This document shows positions 26,336 to 39,875 of a stretch of DNA of 64,000 bases, in pieces. Under the pieces are notes generated by a model that saw only the letters and a program-made list of their open reading frames with translations, had not been told where the DNA came from and did no database searches. This DNA is from Dudresnaya verticillata (Eukaryota), in contig OZ374564.1 in assembly GCA_977862235.1 (NCBI GenBank), positions 2,666,001-2,730,000 on the forward strand. Reading direction: 5' to 3'. Both the position numbers and the translations under genes were made by a program. How positions within the stretch are numbered: the first letter of the stretch is position 1; each line of letters starts with the position of its first letter.

Positions 26336-28798
26336 GTTGTTCTTCAGGATGGTGGAGGGAGAGACGACTTTGCTGGAGGTCGTTTAAGCATCGCTAGGAA
26401 ACGTGAAAGTAGGGGGCGCAGTTTACTTATCCGCCGGGACGCACTGCTGCGGGCATTTCGGTTTAATGTCTGAGAGGGAGATGGGGTCCTTTGTGATTAT
26501 GGCGCTGCACTTCACTGGTTGTTTACAGTAGTCCTACGCGCTTGTGCGCTGCACAGCACTACAACATATACCATACACACGTATGTTGTCCATCGAGCCA
26601 CGCGTGCGCGTTCAGAGAGAGTCACAGTGCCTGTTGACAGCCCCCGAGGGGGAAGTAAGAAAGTATTACCACACACATCGTACCCGTAGTATTGAAGGCA
26701 CAGAAATCAAACTTTTGAAGTGGGTGGACGATGTAAATTGAGAGGTCTCCAGTCGACAGTGACATGAGAAACAGATTCAATGACGTGGGAGCCCAGTTGA
26801 GGGCATGAATAGAAGCGTACTAAGAGGACCATCCGTTTCAATCCGCTCCTTTCCTGCAGCAGAAGGAAGCATTCGTGTCGGTGGAGAATGAAGAGGGTTG
26901 GTGAAATGTCATTGCTGTGGTACGAGCTGCTGCTCAGGCGAAGAAGAATAACGAGGACCATGGCTATTATTAGCTATGGTTATCTACACGGTACGCACCT
27001 ATAGGGGGCACGTAGGTAGGCAGCAAAACAAAGTATTCACAAACTAGGCATCCCAAGTAATATCTTTCTCACACGCAAGCGGAATAATACGCATCTCTGA
27101 AGAGAAGACTTCAGGTAGGGCCTGGGCGGCAGCCCGCACATATTACGCACGGAAGCGCTTCTTCCTCCAATTTTCAGCGGTGCGTGCATTGCTTCGTGTA
27201 GGGTTTTTTGGGTCATGCGACAGAGCGAGGGGGCAGAAAGAGCAGCCCTTTTACGTGAAGAATGAACATGAGTTTCACTACAGTCTTACCTCCGTTATCT
27301 CAAGTGACGTCAAAAGTCGTGAGGCTCGTCCTCGCACCCACTCTTTAATCTTCTTACCTCGGAGATGAACAGCGTCATTTTGCACAAACTTGTGCAGCGT
27401 TTCCAGCTTTCGAGCACAGGTACAGTAGTAGGGATCGAGCTGCTGAAGGCAACAAAGATCAACGGGCTTGCACCATACTGGCTGCAAGGGCATGTCCGAC
27501 TAGTTTTGTTTGGACAGGCGAACGTCTAAAGAAAAAGTAGATCATCGCAACTCGATGACGGCCCAGATTCAATTCAGATCACGCATGAAGCAGACTGACT
27601 TGGAGAACAAGTGCGACTTCCAGTCATGAATGAGAGTGGGCCGGGGACATGCCCTCAAGAAGAGGACACGTCGGGGCGTCGACAGACTCGAAGTCTTCGG
27701 AGACACGTGAATTAAGGCGACTTGTCTTCTCGACGGCTATTGGAAGAGGGCTGCATTGCTTTGCTGACTTGATCCACAACAACGCGTTCTTACCTCTTAC
27801 CTCGATTGCATCGCTGCCGTTGTGAGTTTCTCGCTGCCAATATGCCTTTGCACTTGAAGCAAAACTGCTGCACTTGGCTGTGGACGTTCGAGGTTTTTGT
27901 TCGAGAGCCGCTGCTTGATAGTGCTGGACAGGGCCATCTTCTTGAACAAATTTCTTCAACTATGTGCAGCCGTGGCAACAACGTGTGATTTCCCCCGTGC
28001 TTCAACAGCATAGGGTTCACTTCGTCCGGGCAATAATAATGATGTTCAGGTTTCTACGACTCCCAGTTGCGAGCCCAACGCTTCTGTGGACAGTGTATTG
28101 CTACCTGCGTCAATCGTGTAGCCCCGGCAAAAGCCAACAGTCCAGCAAGACAGGCAGCATTATATAATGCAGAGAGGCAGACACTGCTACGGAAACTGGA
28201 AGCACCAGACCCGATTGCCTTTGTGGCAGCCATCCAAGTCGTAACACAGAGCTCTCTTGAAATATTATCGTTGCTTGTGTGCCTCTTTTATATTCAGCTG
28301 GTCTGCTTCCAGGCCGCTTCCTGCTCGGCTAAGGCGATAGGCTCCCAGGGTCCCGCAGTGAATCATACCCACCCCAACGTTACAAGCATATGATAACGGT
28401 TAAGTACTGTGACGATTCTTCCTCTAGACGGGGTTTTGCTCGACAGTAGTAGTGCAACAGGAAGGCTACGAAACCTATTGCAGTGTGTTATCCCCGAACC
28501 CCGTTGCCGCGCCGCAATACGCCCTTGATCTATTCACTGATACGGAAGTAGTGTCCTGTGACAGTGTCACACTCAGCCAGCTGAAGCCGGAAGCGGGGTA
28601 CCCGGTCCACACGCGAGCGCTCGCGCCTTGGGCCATGAAAAGCCCTTTTGGAGTACATAGAATGTGTATGCTGCCCAAAACCTCACGTGGAAACCGCGGG
28701 TCGAAACGCTCCTAACCCGGTGTGAGGTACCCGGGCATACCGCTCTCTTCTTGCTTGAACTGAGCTACGCCTAGAAGGGCACAGGGAACTGTTGCCCG

Positions 28799-29671
28799 TC
28801 ATTCGCTTTCTTTGGCACCATCGCCCCTGTCTCCAAGGTCATCCACAGCCGGGACAATGACGTGGTGGCCAAACACGTCCTCGCCTTCAAAAACGGTAGA
28901 CTCGGCAAGTTCTGCCTCGGTCGGCGGCTCACAGCTCCAAACGCGGCTCGGGACCCAGCCGCACTGGCGTTTGAGAATGGCGGCATACTCTGCTCGCTTG
29001 AGAGCGGCGACGGTGGGGTCTATAACGGGGACACCCAACTGGTCGGACAACTGGCGATAAAAGCCCAGCTGCAAGGTGCAGCCGAGGATAATGGCCTCTG
29101 CGTGGTCGTTGTGGACGGCGCGACGCGCGGCGTTGAGAATCCTGCGTTCTGTGTCATGCTTGTCGACGAGAAAGTCGTGAACGCCCAAGTCGACCGAGTA
29201 GAAGCCCGTGAGCATGTCGCGATAGCCGTATTGGAAGACGGTGGAGCGCATCTGGTGGACCCACTTTTGCCTTCCGACGATGATGGCAAAGCGGTTTGCG
29301 AGACTGGCGGCGATCTCGCAGGCGGCGATGCACGGGGCGGTGACGACCATATCGGCGCTGACTTCGCGGGCGGCGGGGAGGGCTGTGTCGTAGAAACAGG
29401 CGATGGCGAGGGCGTCGAAGCGTTGGCGCGCGGAGTGGCGCACTGCGCGGATGATAGCGCGGGTGGCGATTGCCTCGAGGGTGCGGTACTCGAGGTTGTT
29501 GAAGCGGCCGACATGATTTGGGAGGGAGGCTATGTGGACCTCTGTGTTGGGGAGCTTGTGGGTGGCTACGGTGTCCTTGAAGACTTGGACGACGTCGGCG
29601 GGGATGGGGACCGGAAGGAGGAACACAATTCGTAGAGGGAGGGCGCGAGGAGGGGCGGGACGGTTTGTCAT
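28799..29671 (-). CDS. Asp/Glu/hydantoin racemase family protein
   Basis: 290-aa ORF with two catalytic-Cys motifs, ALAIACFYD and AIILGCT, plus GVPVIDP. Confidence 0.88.
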   Translation of the reverse strand: MTNRPAPPRALPLRIVFLLPVPIPADVVQVFKDTVATHKLPNTEVHIASLPNHVGRFNNLEYRTLEAIATRAIIRAVRHSARQRFDALAIACFYDTALPAAREVSADMVVTAPCIAACEIAASLANRFAIIVGRQKWVHQMRSTVFQYGYRDMLTGFYSVDLGVHDFLVDKHDTERRILNAARRAVHNDHAEAIILGCTLQLGFYRQLSDQLGVPVIDPTVAALKRAEYAAILKRQCGWVPSRVWSCEPPTEAELAESTVFEGEDVFGHHVIVPAVDDLGDRGDGAKESE

Positions 29672-30205
29672 TTTTGTTGTTGATGATGAATGAACGAGTC
29701 GGGATGTGTGGCAAGTTTGTTATACGCGTAAGGGTAAGGCTAAACGCCTCCAAAGGAGGTAAGCGTGCGGTGTGTGCGTGTGTGCGTGTGAAAGGAAGGG
29801 GTATATTGAATTGGAACACGCCATTGCGAGGGTCAGCGGAAAGGCCCGATAAGCGAATATGCGTGGTCTCCCGAATTGGGATGCATTTACAACAGGCTGT
29901 GCGCCCAATCACAATCGCAACAGCAACACGCACCGTCGCGTCGGGAGAGGATGTTCGCTGCGCTCGCTCCATGGCGCGCCGTTATGTCGCGCGCTCAAGC
30001 GCCGCGCCGTTGCGCGCCCGTTGGCGCCGCGCTGCGCGCGCCCGCTGCACAGCCACGCCTCCCGCCCTGACCGGTCCGTCGCACTTTCTCCTCCTCCGCC
30101 CTTATAACAATCTCCCTCCCGCCGTCCCAACAGTCCTGCCTCTCCACCCCCCTCCCTCCGACCGCCGCCGCCCCACACCGCCCGCACCCTCCGCCGCTCA
30201 CAGAC

Positions 30206-30469
30206 ATGCCTCCCACTCGCTCCGCCTCACCCGCCAACCCCACGGCCGCCCCCACCGCAGACCCCCCGCCATCCACCCGCCCCGCCCGCCAGCCCTGCCC
30301 AGAGTCCACTGCCTCGTACCTCTCCAAGTTCCTGCTGGCATGGATCTTCCCGCTGGTCCACCTGGGCTACAAGCGCCCGCTGCACGACCCAGACCTATGG
30401 GAGCTGCGCCACTTTGAGCGCGCCGAGAGCACCTCGCGCGCCCTGCTCGACGCGCGCTGCCCCCCCGCT

Positions 30470-30529
<60 letters not shown>

Positions 30530-30541
30530 CCCGCTCCCGCT

Positions 30542-30580
<39 letters not shown>

Positions 30581-33500
30581 ACTGCCCACCAACACCCCCA
30601 GTCCCACCCGCCCCCGCAACCCACAAACTCAATCTCCCTCCGCGCCGCAATCTTCCACACCCACCGCCGCGCACTGCTCGCCATCTCCCTCTTCAAGGCC
30701 GTCGACCTCGCCCTGGCCGTCCTGCAGCCTGTCTTCGTCTCGCGCCTGCTCGTCTTCCTCGACTCCCCCAACACCCCCGTCAGGGTTGGCATCGCATGGG
30801 CATTCTCGCTTCTGCTCGCCCCCTTCTTCAAGACCATCTTCGAGAACCACTACTATCTCCGCGCCACGCGCGCAGGCATGCAGGTACGCTCCGCCTTACA
30901 AGCACTCGTCTACGACAAGTCCCTTCGTATCTCCCCCTCGGCCCGCGCCACATCCTCGCTCGGCGAGATTCTCAACCTCATGCAGCTCGACTCGCAGCGC
31001 GTCGGCGACTTTGCAGAGTATGCCCACAACTTTTGGGCTGCCCCACTTCAAATTATCGTCTCTGTCGCCTTGTTGTACAACTACATCGGCGTCTCCTCCG
31101 TTATCGGCCTGTTGGTCACCCTCACCACTATCCCGTTGCAAGCCACGCTCATTTCTTACATGCTCAAGCTGCGCAAAGCTAGTATCGCTATCACGGACCG
31201 CCGCGTCAAGCTAATCAACGAGATAATGCAAAGCATCAAAGCAGTCAAGCTCTATGCCTGGGAGCAACCTTTCGCTGACGCTGTCCAGGTCGAGCGCCGA
31301 GCTGAGATTCTCAAGATCCGAGGCACCATCTGGCTCCGCTCATCCTTCATGGCCATTATGATGACCATACCAACCATCATATCCGTCATCACCTTTTCAT
31401 TCTTTTCTGGCGTCTTCAAGGAACCGCTCGAGCCGGCCAGAGTCTTCACAGGTCTCACACTTCTCAACCAACTCCGCATGCCCGTTATGATGCTCCCCAT
31501 GACTGTCACTACCTTCATCGATGCTCGCATCGCTATAAAGAGGATTGAGCGTTACCTACAGCTAGAGGATGCTGACAATTACTCTCGCCCCCAAACCCCA
31601 GACAAGGCAAACGCGGATAAGCGTTCTCCCCATGATCAAGACAAGCCAACAAATGGAAATTCTCCTGGGAACGGTTCTGCTCTTTCTCCTGGCCCAACCA
31701 AAGGAGGAGGCTGTGGGTCCATTACGATTCAGGAGGGTGAGTTCGAATGGAGTCAAGTTGTCGATCCTCCAGTGCAGGAGGACCCTAAAGACAAAAGGAG
31801 CACCGTACAGAAGTGCCTCCCACATAGATCCAGGCGTAAGGCTGTGCCAAACCAACATAATGAGATGTCGAGTGACTTTGAAAATTCTGACAAGCTCGTA
31901 GACCCCGAGGTAAAGACAACTGGTTTAACAAAATATACGTCCGTACGTGGCTCTGCCTTGCGGGACATCAATATTACAGTGAAACCTGGTCATTTGACTG
32001 CGGTCGTTGGGCGAGTTGGGTCGGGAAAGTCTTCGCTCGTTCATGCAATACTTGGGGAAATGAGAAAGGTACATGGGGTCGTTGCATTGGAAGGCTCCGT
32101 AGCCTACGTAGCACAAACCGCCTGGATATTCAACGATACGCTTCGGGATAATATCTTGTTCGGCAAGAAATTCGATCCCAAGTTGTACAAAACGGCTGTC
32201 AAGGTTGCATCTCTCGAACAAGATATTGGATTGCTTCCGGCTGGTGACATGACAGCAATTGGTGAAAAGGGTATCAACCTGTCTGGGGGCCAAAAACAGC
32301 GGGTCAGTATTGCTAGAGCTGTATATGCTGATGCTGATGTGTATCTGTTTGATGATCCCCTGTCGGCTCTTGACTCTCATGTTGGTCAAGAAGTGTTCGA
32401 GAACTGCATATCGCGCAAAGGAGTACTCCGCAACCGTCTCCGAGTTCTCATCACAAACCAAGCCCATGTGCTTCCAGAATGTGACGATATAGTATATTTA
32501 GAAAATGGAACCGTCAGAACTCAAGGGCCGTACTCGATGCTTGCTGCTAACGATGCGGCTTTCAAGCTTCTCATTAACGAACAGCAAAGCAAAGAAGACT
32601 CGACAGATGTTGACGTGGACAGAAGCGAAGGAGGGGAACCATCACGTGGTGGAAACGAGCCTAGCAAGTATGCGTCGGTTTCGCAAGGAAACAACTCCGT
32701 GCTAGGGTCTATAACAGCTGCAAATAACTCCCAAGACCCACAGTCGAGACACTCAACGCACAAGGCTGTTGAGGCAGAGCTCGCTGGTACTACTCTAATA
32801 CAGGAAGAGGAACGCATGACTGGTAATGTTGTGCTCCGTGCATACTTGCAATATTCCAAAGCATGCGGTGGTAGCTTTGTTTTCATACTGATGGTGCTGT
32901 TCTATGCTATAACTGTAGCGCTGTCAGTGGTTGCAAATTGGTGGCTTGCGTTTTGGGCAGAGCAAGAGCGAGACGGAGCAAGTCAAAGTCTCGGCTTCTA
33001 CCTAGGTATTTACTTTGGGTTGGCCATTTTGTACACCGTTCTGGTATTGCTTCGAGGAATCTGGTTCTTCAGCATGGCTCTCCAAGCGTCTCAAAAACTG
33101 CATAAGAGTATGCTCAAGTCTGTATTGCGTGCACCGATGGCTTTCTTTGACACTACTCCTATTGGACGGGTCATTTCGCGGTTTTCAAGGGACATGAATG
33201 TTTTGGATGAGCTTCTTCCTCAATACTTTGACCAGATGTTGTCAACGGTGTTGAACTTAATCGCCTCATACGTCTTCATTGGTGTCATCTTGCCACTTTT
33301 CTTTTCTGTGGCCATTCCAGTGCTGATTGGGTACTTTGCCCTACAACGATTCTTCAACCGTACGTCTATCGAACTCAAGCGTCTCGACGCCATCTCAAAG
33401 TCGCCAATATATGCACACTTTTCAGAGAGCCTGGGAGGGTTGAGCACTTTGAGAGCGTATGGGAAGCAAGAAGAATCAAAGGCTGAAAACATGAAGATGA

Positions 33501-34606
33501 TTGATACGAACCAACGGGCGTACTTCTGTTGGCTGATGACAAGCAGATGGTTCTCTCTGTACCTGGAAATGGCAGGAGCCATACTAATTTTTGCCACAGC
33601 GGTGTTCGGAGTCCTGTCGAGGAGCAGTGCCTTCAGCGGGAATGTCGGACTCAGTTTGGCTTATGCACTCCAGGTCACAGGCATTCTTGGTTTCTCAGTT
33701 CGCTCTCTTACTGAGCTGGAAGGGCAGATGAGCTCCGTCGAGCGGGCAAATTACTACAGCCACGAATTGCCGCAAGAAGCGCCAGCTGAAATGGACCCGA
33801 AGGACCCTGAAAATGCAGGTCCGCCCCCTGGATGGCCAAGTCAAGGCAAGATTGAGATCTCGAATGCTCAGATGAGATACAGGGAGGGTCTAGACCTTGT
33901 ACTGAAGGGTGTGAGTCTATCTATTTCACCGGGAGAGAAGGTCGGTGTGGTGGGCCGTACTGGAAGCGGGAAAAGCTCCTTGATGCTTGCTATTCTCCGC
34001 ATTGTGGAACTCGCGGGAGGGTACATTTCTGTCGATGACATCGACCTCAAAAGGCTGGGATTGAACAACGTACGGGAGCAAATCACTATTATTCCGCAAG
34101 ACCCGGTTATCTTCAGTGGGACTATTCGATTCAACTTAGACCCGTTTAATCTACATAGCGATGCCGAACTGTGGGATGCATTGGAGAAATCGCATTTGAA
34201 GGATTTCGTACAAGAGTGCGAGAGTGGTCTTGACACCAAAGTTGCGGAGTATGGCGAAAACCTGTCTGCTGGTCAACGCCAGGTCATCTGCCTGACACGG
34301 GCCCTGTTACGGAAATCAAAAATCTTGATTCTCGATGAGGCAAGCAGCTCTCTTGACTTGGAGACCGACCGGCTGATTCAAGAAACTATTCGAAACTATC
34401 TCCAAGATGCAACAATATTGACCATCGCTCACAGACTTTTCACATTAGCAGACTACGACAAGGTTGTGGTCATGGACAACGGCATTGTTGCGGAGTTCGG
34501 AAGCCCGGCAGAATTGCTTGCGTCTCCTGAGAGCCAATTCAGCAGACTTGTGGATGCTATGGGACCGGTTGGGGCGTCCAAATTCCGAGAAGCCGTTAAT
34601 ACGTAA
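30206..34606 (+). CDS. ABC transporter, subfamily C (MRP-like), TMD-NBD-TMD-NBD
   Basis: 1466-aa ORF with GRVGSGKSS, NLSGGQKQR, YLFDDPLSA, GRTGSGKSS, NLSAGQRQ and ILILDEAS, and two hydrophobic TMD blocks. Confidence 0.97.
30464..30580 (+). repeat. In-frame hexanucleotide microsatellite encoding (PA)n(PD)n
   Basis: (CCCGCG)n and (CCCGCT)n followed by (CCCGAC)n inside the ABCC N-terminus. Confidence 0.95.
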
Positions 34607-35204
34607 CATAGCAAGCGACACAATTCTTATGTTCTCAAACATTCTTGTTGCCGGTCAGACATACTGGTACTGGCGCCGATCTGCCATGGTGGTGGTGTTC
34701 CACTTTACTCAACCGGATGATACGGTAATTTTGTTGTTTAAAGTTGTTTGTAGTGGGTCCTACGCAGACAGCTTGGGAGCACCACACCGCAACTCTATTC
34801 AACCTGAGTCGGAGTGCATCTACCGGGGGCAGAGGAACACACACGCCACGCTATCCAAACTGACAAGTCTGACCCGACCCCCTCAGACCAAACTTCCAAG
34901 GGGGGCAGTTGTGCCTCTACGTAAAGTAAAGGTTCATGATTACTCAGATTATTTACACAGAAAAAGAAAAAGGGGTTCGGTCGATGCAGAACGAAAAGAA
35001 AATCGTAATTGCGTAATGTGTTATAAAATAGTGACCATGTACATGCACTTAGAGATGTCCGAAAGATTGCTCCCCATTGAATAAAGTGATCTCTCTCTTC
35101 CAATGCTCACCTGTTCGAAACTTTCTGGCAAGCTTTCACTTTTCTGATCGACTTGATCCCGAAAATGCAAGTCAATCTTGCAATTTTGATACAGCAGGAG
35201 AATG

Positions 35205-36629
35205 TTACTTGCGTACAATCCTTGCTATCTCTGACTCAGACATTGTTACGTGTTGCCGTTGCGCAATCTTTCTGTCTGAACTCGCTCCTCGCTGCGGACC
35301 GACCTCTTCCAACACCTTCTCTTCTAATGTTTGCGAGGCCAATCTTGTACCGTGTCTGTTCTGAAGACTGTCCATCTGTAGTCCAAATTGTGTCACAGCT
35401 GAGACCTTTCGGTAACCAGGGCTCTCGGACCAAGATTTAAGAGCATTGGCTTCTTCTTCTGGGTGATAGTAGAGAATTTCCTTCAGAAACGCATCTCGAT
35501 AATACTCCGGGGGGAGACCACCCTTCTCAAACCTGAACTCAGCCACAGATACCGGTTTTGGTTCTTCTCCAAGACCAAGGTGATGGTACGAAGCAAAGTA
35601 TGGCTGTCGCAGTGCTTCTAGAGCGGACATTCGATGGTTAGGGTTGAACGTCAGAAGGCGAGTCAGCAAATCCACAGCCATTGGGTTCTGACTCGAGAAC
35701 CTCTCCTTCAACGATTCACCTTTCTGTTCGCGGTACCTTCTGTTGACACGGGAAAAGAGAGTCCGAGCCCGGATGTCTTGAATGCTCATGATATCCTCCC
35801 CTGACACTGGTCCGACAGCCTTGATGATGAGCTCCAGTTGATTCTGGCTGCTTCTCCCAGGAAAAAGGACTTTTCCGTTGCTGAGGAGTTCAGCAAAGAT
35901 GCAGCCAATGGACCACATGTCAATAGCAGTTGAGTAGGTCCCGCTGTTCTGAATAATAAGTTCTGGTGCTCGATAGTATCTGGTAGCCACGTAATCGGTC
36001 CATAAAAGAGTGTCCGGTGTTTCCTCAAATGACGCGCGAGCCAACCCAAAGTCAGTGATTCGGATGTCGCAGCTCTTATTGACAAGGATGTTGTTAGGTT
36101 TCAAGTCCCTATGAATGACACGACAGCCATGCATGTAATGAACTCCCCTCAGAATCTGGAACATAAAGTACCTGATGTAGTTTTCGGCCAATGGCTCCTT
36201 CGTGTTCAGAATCCGACTTAGATCTGCGTCCATAAGCTCAAAAACGGCAAACGTGTCGTTAAAGCTGTCGCGATCACCTGGCAGCATAATGTCCCGGATA
36301 TTCACGATGTTCTCATGGGTCGACAATAGTCGCAGGAACTTCAGCTCGCGAAGAACTCGAGTGGCCATAGGACCAGAATCCAGGCACTTCGTTATCCGTT
36401 TCACGGCCACAAGTTTTCCGTTTCTCGTATCCATGGCTCTACAAACGATCCCATAGGCACCACGGCCAATAATCCGCTGTGCCTGGTAGCGATTGGAGGC
36501 GAGCGGCACATTGAAAAACCTTTCCACCGGGTTGGAACTGGCCTCTTGACGCTGGGTGTGAGCCTGCCTCATGTGGGAGTTACTTCCTGAAGCACTCCCG
36601 AGGGAAGGGTCGTTGCTCTCTGAGGCCAT
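35205..36629 (-). CDS. MAP kinase with TDY activation loop
   Basis: GRGAYGIV, VAVKRI, HRDLKPNN, DFGLAR and LWTDYVATRYYRAPE. First ATG at 36629. Confidence 0.95.
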   Translation of the reverse strand: MASESNDPSLGSASGSNSHMRQAHTQRQEASSNPVERFFNVPLASNRYQAQRIIGRGAYGIVCRAMDTRNGKLVAVKRITKCLDSGPMATRVLRELKFLRLLSTHENIVNIRDIMLPGDRDSFNDTFAVFELMDADLSRILNTKEPLAENYIRYFMFQILRGVHYMHGCRVIHRDLKPNNILVNKSCDIRITDFGLARASFEETPDTLLWTDYVATRYYRAPELIIQNSGTYSTAIDMWSIGCIFAELLSNGKVLFPGRSSQNQLELIIKAVGPVSGEDIMSIQDIRARTLFSRVNRRYREQKGESLKERFSSQNPMAVDLLTRLLTFNPNHRMSALEALRQPYFASYHHLGLGEEPKPVSVAEFRFEKGGLPPEYYRDAFLKEILYYHPEEEANALKSWSESPGYRKVSAVTQFGLQMDSLQNRHGTRLASQTLEEKVLEEVGPQRGASSDRKIAQRQHVTMSESEIARIVRK

Positions 36630-37923
36630 CGTAGGTACTAGCAGGCGTTGCCAGCCGCGGCCTTGACTTTGGGGGCCCTGACAGTTGGATTTCAACAACT
36701 TTGCTATGCTGTGTCAGTCCGGACCTATCTCTGCGAGAGTCTCGAAAACTGTGGGCGTCGCAAATGAGAAAGGGATGGGAATAACTGGATATTGGCGATT
36801 TGAAATCACTTCAGCGGTAAACAACGTCCAGAAAGAGAGACTTAGTGAAAATTAGTCGTCTTCGTTATCAGGGAATGCACTGCACAGTGCACGATGCGAA
36901 AGCTTGTTTTCTTAGGGCTCCAGTTGAAACGATTTCAGAATGGAGAGAGGCAGAATAAGGGTGGATGCAATACGTCGACGGCGGAGAGGGCTTCTGCAAT
37001 CCTTCGGAAGTTCTTGTGGGCAGACGTGCTTGAAAATGGAAAGAGATACCCCACCTTAAGCTGCTTTAGGCTGTCTTTCGTTGGACACTGTCGATGCGGT
37101 GCTCACCGCAGACTTGTAAATTGGGGAATTCCAATGATACCAGATAAGAAATTACTTCTCAGTCGTCGACCCTCGAACACCGCAGATGCTGTGTCGCGAG
37201 ACCGACTGACGGCCTTAGCAGCGAGATCAAAAGAGGAAGCGATACTTCAAAGGTGAACAAAAGATATTGCGCGTTGACATTCGAAGATATGACAGACTGG
37301 GGAATGTAGAGATTGTGTCAACAGAAGATACTGAGTTCGACCACTCACTGATCTGGGAGGGAGGCTGTAGAGTATGCAAAGGGCCGGAATGCAGGACTGG
37401 CAGCACTACAGAACCTTGTGTTGTGTTCGAGTTGTTTTGGACAGTGCCGATGCGCGTCTTCACGTACTCGCTAGGTGCAGTGATGCTACGCTGGGTGATG
37501 CTGTTGCCAGGCTTACGCCGGAAGTGACGTGCATGGACGAAGCTTCATAGCCCCCAGATTTCGGTTTTCGAACTGCGCCACACACGTCTTTCGAAAATCG
37601 CCGAAAATGTGACAGAGCCCCAGAAAGAGAAAAACAATAACAATAATCGTGGATTTTGGCATACCGATTTCGGTGCCACTTCGGTGATTTATTCGGCAAA
37701 TATTTACAGTAGGCGCGAGATACTGCCGTCACCACAGAGAAAACTCGGCATTCCCTGACAAACAGCGAAGCGCAGTTCGAAAGCAAATTGGCGCGAACTC
37801 CGCGCTGCGCCCTCCGCACAGCCTACCTAGCACTGCACTCGAGAGGAACACGCGCACCAATCACATCGCCACCAACGCCTTCCCCATGTTGAATTCGTCT
37901 TGTCAGCAACAGGTGCCTTCCGG

Positions 37924-39071
37924 CTGTGGTGAAGTGAGCTGTGGCCCGCATGCGGCGCGCCGAAGGCGAGTCAACCGTAACGCATGATGTGGCAACACGC
38001 CACGTTGATGATCTGGCAACGTGTAACCGTGTCGGTTGTGTCCGCATTACTGTGCACTGGTACATATCGCTGTACTGTAATTGGAGCGCACCAACCGTAG
38101 CGGAGTATTTGTGGTATTTATTCTTTATTTTTAGTGAGTATCTGTACAGTGTGTAGAGTAGTGCGCCAGCCAATGAGATTGCTGCGCATGTCCGTGTCGG
38201 AGATTGGGACCAGCAGGGCCGATTCCACGATAGGACCAGACTACTAGGGCCTGGCCCCCACAGACCGCCCCGCTCGGTGCCACCGTGACTTGTATATCAG
38301 GACGGCACCGCAGAGGCTCCTAAGGTCAAAGAACAAGTACACATTGAGCCACAATCCCACTTTAGCCCTTTTCTTTACGGTTTTCCCCGCACCGAGCCCA
38401 GTACGGCCTACCATCACCACCGTTACGGAGGCCTTCCCGACACCCGTACTACCCCCTTGTCTGTTGGTTCCCAATACCCGTTTCGGTTAGCCGCTCGCTG
38501 TTCTGCGGTCTCGGTTCGAACTGCTCTACCACTCCGTGGAGGTAGTGTCGCTCTCGTCCCGTGAGGGAAAGTCAGGCCAGCTGTCCGTTACGGAGTTGGC
38601 GGTTTTTCACTGCACCACACCGGCGACATTTTGGTTGACAAGGACGTCATTCAGCCAACAGCGACCCCACCTTCGGAGTCTCTGCGGTGCCACCCTGATA
38701 TACAAGTGATGGTGGCACCAAGCGGTGCGGTCCGTGGGGGCCAGACCCTAGTAGTCTGGTCCTATCGTGGAATCGGCCCTGCTGGTCCCAATCTCCGACA
38801 CGGACATGCGCAGGAATCTCACGGGCTGGCGCACTACTCTACACACTGTACAGATACTCACTAAAAATAAAGAATAAATACCACAAATACTCCGCTACGG
38901 TTGGTGAGCTCCAATTACAGTACAGCGATGCGTACCAGTGCACAGTAATGTGCACACAACCGGCACGGTTACACGTTGCCCGATCATCAACGTGGGGTAT
39001 TGCCACGTCATCCGTTACGGTTGGCTCGCCGTCGGTGCGCCGCATGCGCGCCACGGCTCACTTCAACACAG
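37924..39071. mobile_element. Non-autonomous foldback/TIR element with about 400-bp inverted arms
   Basis: 37924-38325 is the reverse complement of about 38670-39071. The ORF track shows near-identical peptides at 37941-38156(+) and 38839-39054(-). Non-coding spacer of about 345 bp; no clear TSD. Confidence 0.85.
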
Positions 39072-39358
39072 ACCTCCCTCCTTAAATGGCGCCACGTCCT
39101 TGGGCGCCCACCTTCAGGTATTTCCATCAGCTGTCACACCCACACATTCAACCGATACGGTTAACGCGCTCAACTTTCCCTTCTCCTGCGTGCTGTGGTG
39201 CAAACGTCTGAAGACGGAACAACACCGCCGAGCAGTTCGGGGCTCGGTGGGTAGCTGCGCCCGTGGCGGTGAGTAGCCTTGCCTTGGACGGCTTGTGGTA
39301 GAGGATTGGACACCAAGGCCGGCTTGCCCGCTCGTTTATTGCTACGTCTGGGACGGCT

Positions 39359-39568
39359 TACCTAAGTATAGTACGGCGGTGCGGCGGCGGCGGTGCATGT
39401 GCGTAGCGCGGGAAGTCGGGACACGTGTTGTCCCGAGGCGCGTCTGACAGATCACCCGTCGCATGCAGCCGCGCGCCAGACAGGTTGCCGTGCAACCCCC
39501 TGTGTGGGCGCTTACACACACACGTGGACGCGTGTGCCTTACAGCTGTGCGCGCGCGTGTACTGTAGA
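39359..39568. repeat. Dispersed repeat, homologous to 12250-12415
   Basis: Same colinear blocks as 12250-12415, ending in GTACTGTAGA. Confidence 0.75.
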
Positions 39569-39756
39569 GCGTGCGCCTAAATAGATTCCCGGATGGAATA
39601 GGAAAGTAAAGCCCCTGATATAACTGAAATTCCGGTTTATTGGAATGCCAGAGACGAGGAGAATGGCTACGATGGAAAAGCCTGTTCGACCTTCCTGTCT
39701 GAGGTTGGTGTCAGGATCTAAGTATAGAGCATGCAAGTAAAGAGATTAAACTGAGT

Positions 39757-39875
39757 AGGAAAGGGGTTAGCGGAATAGGAAAGGGACGGGAGATAAGGAA
39801 TAGGAAAGGGCCCAATGGAATGGGAAAGGGCCCAATGGAATAGGAAAGGGCCCAATGGAATGGGAAAGGGGAACA
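39757..39875 (+). repeat. Purine-rich 20-bp minisatellite
   Basis: GGAAT(A/G)GGAAAGGGCCCAAT units. Confidence 0.85.

Noticed and set aside
28862..31214. Long overlapping alternative-frame ORFs around the racemase and ABCC 5' end
   Set aside because: Shadow ORFs caused by high GC3 and microsatellites.
37941..39054. Pair of near-identical 71-aa ORFs on opposite strands
   Set aside because: By-product of the inverted repeat; no ATG start or coding evidence.
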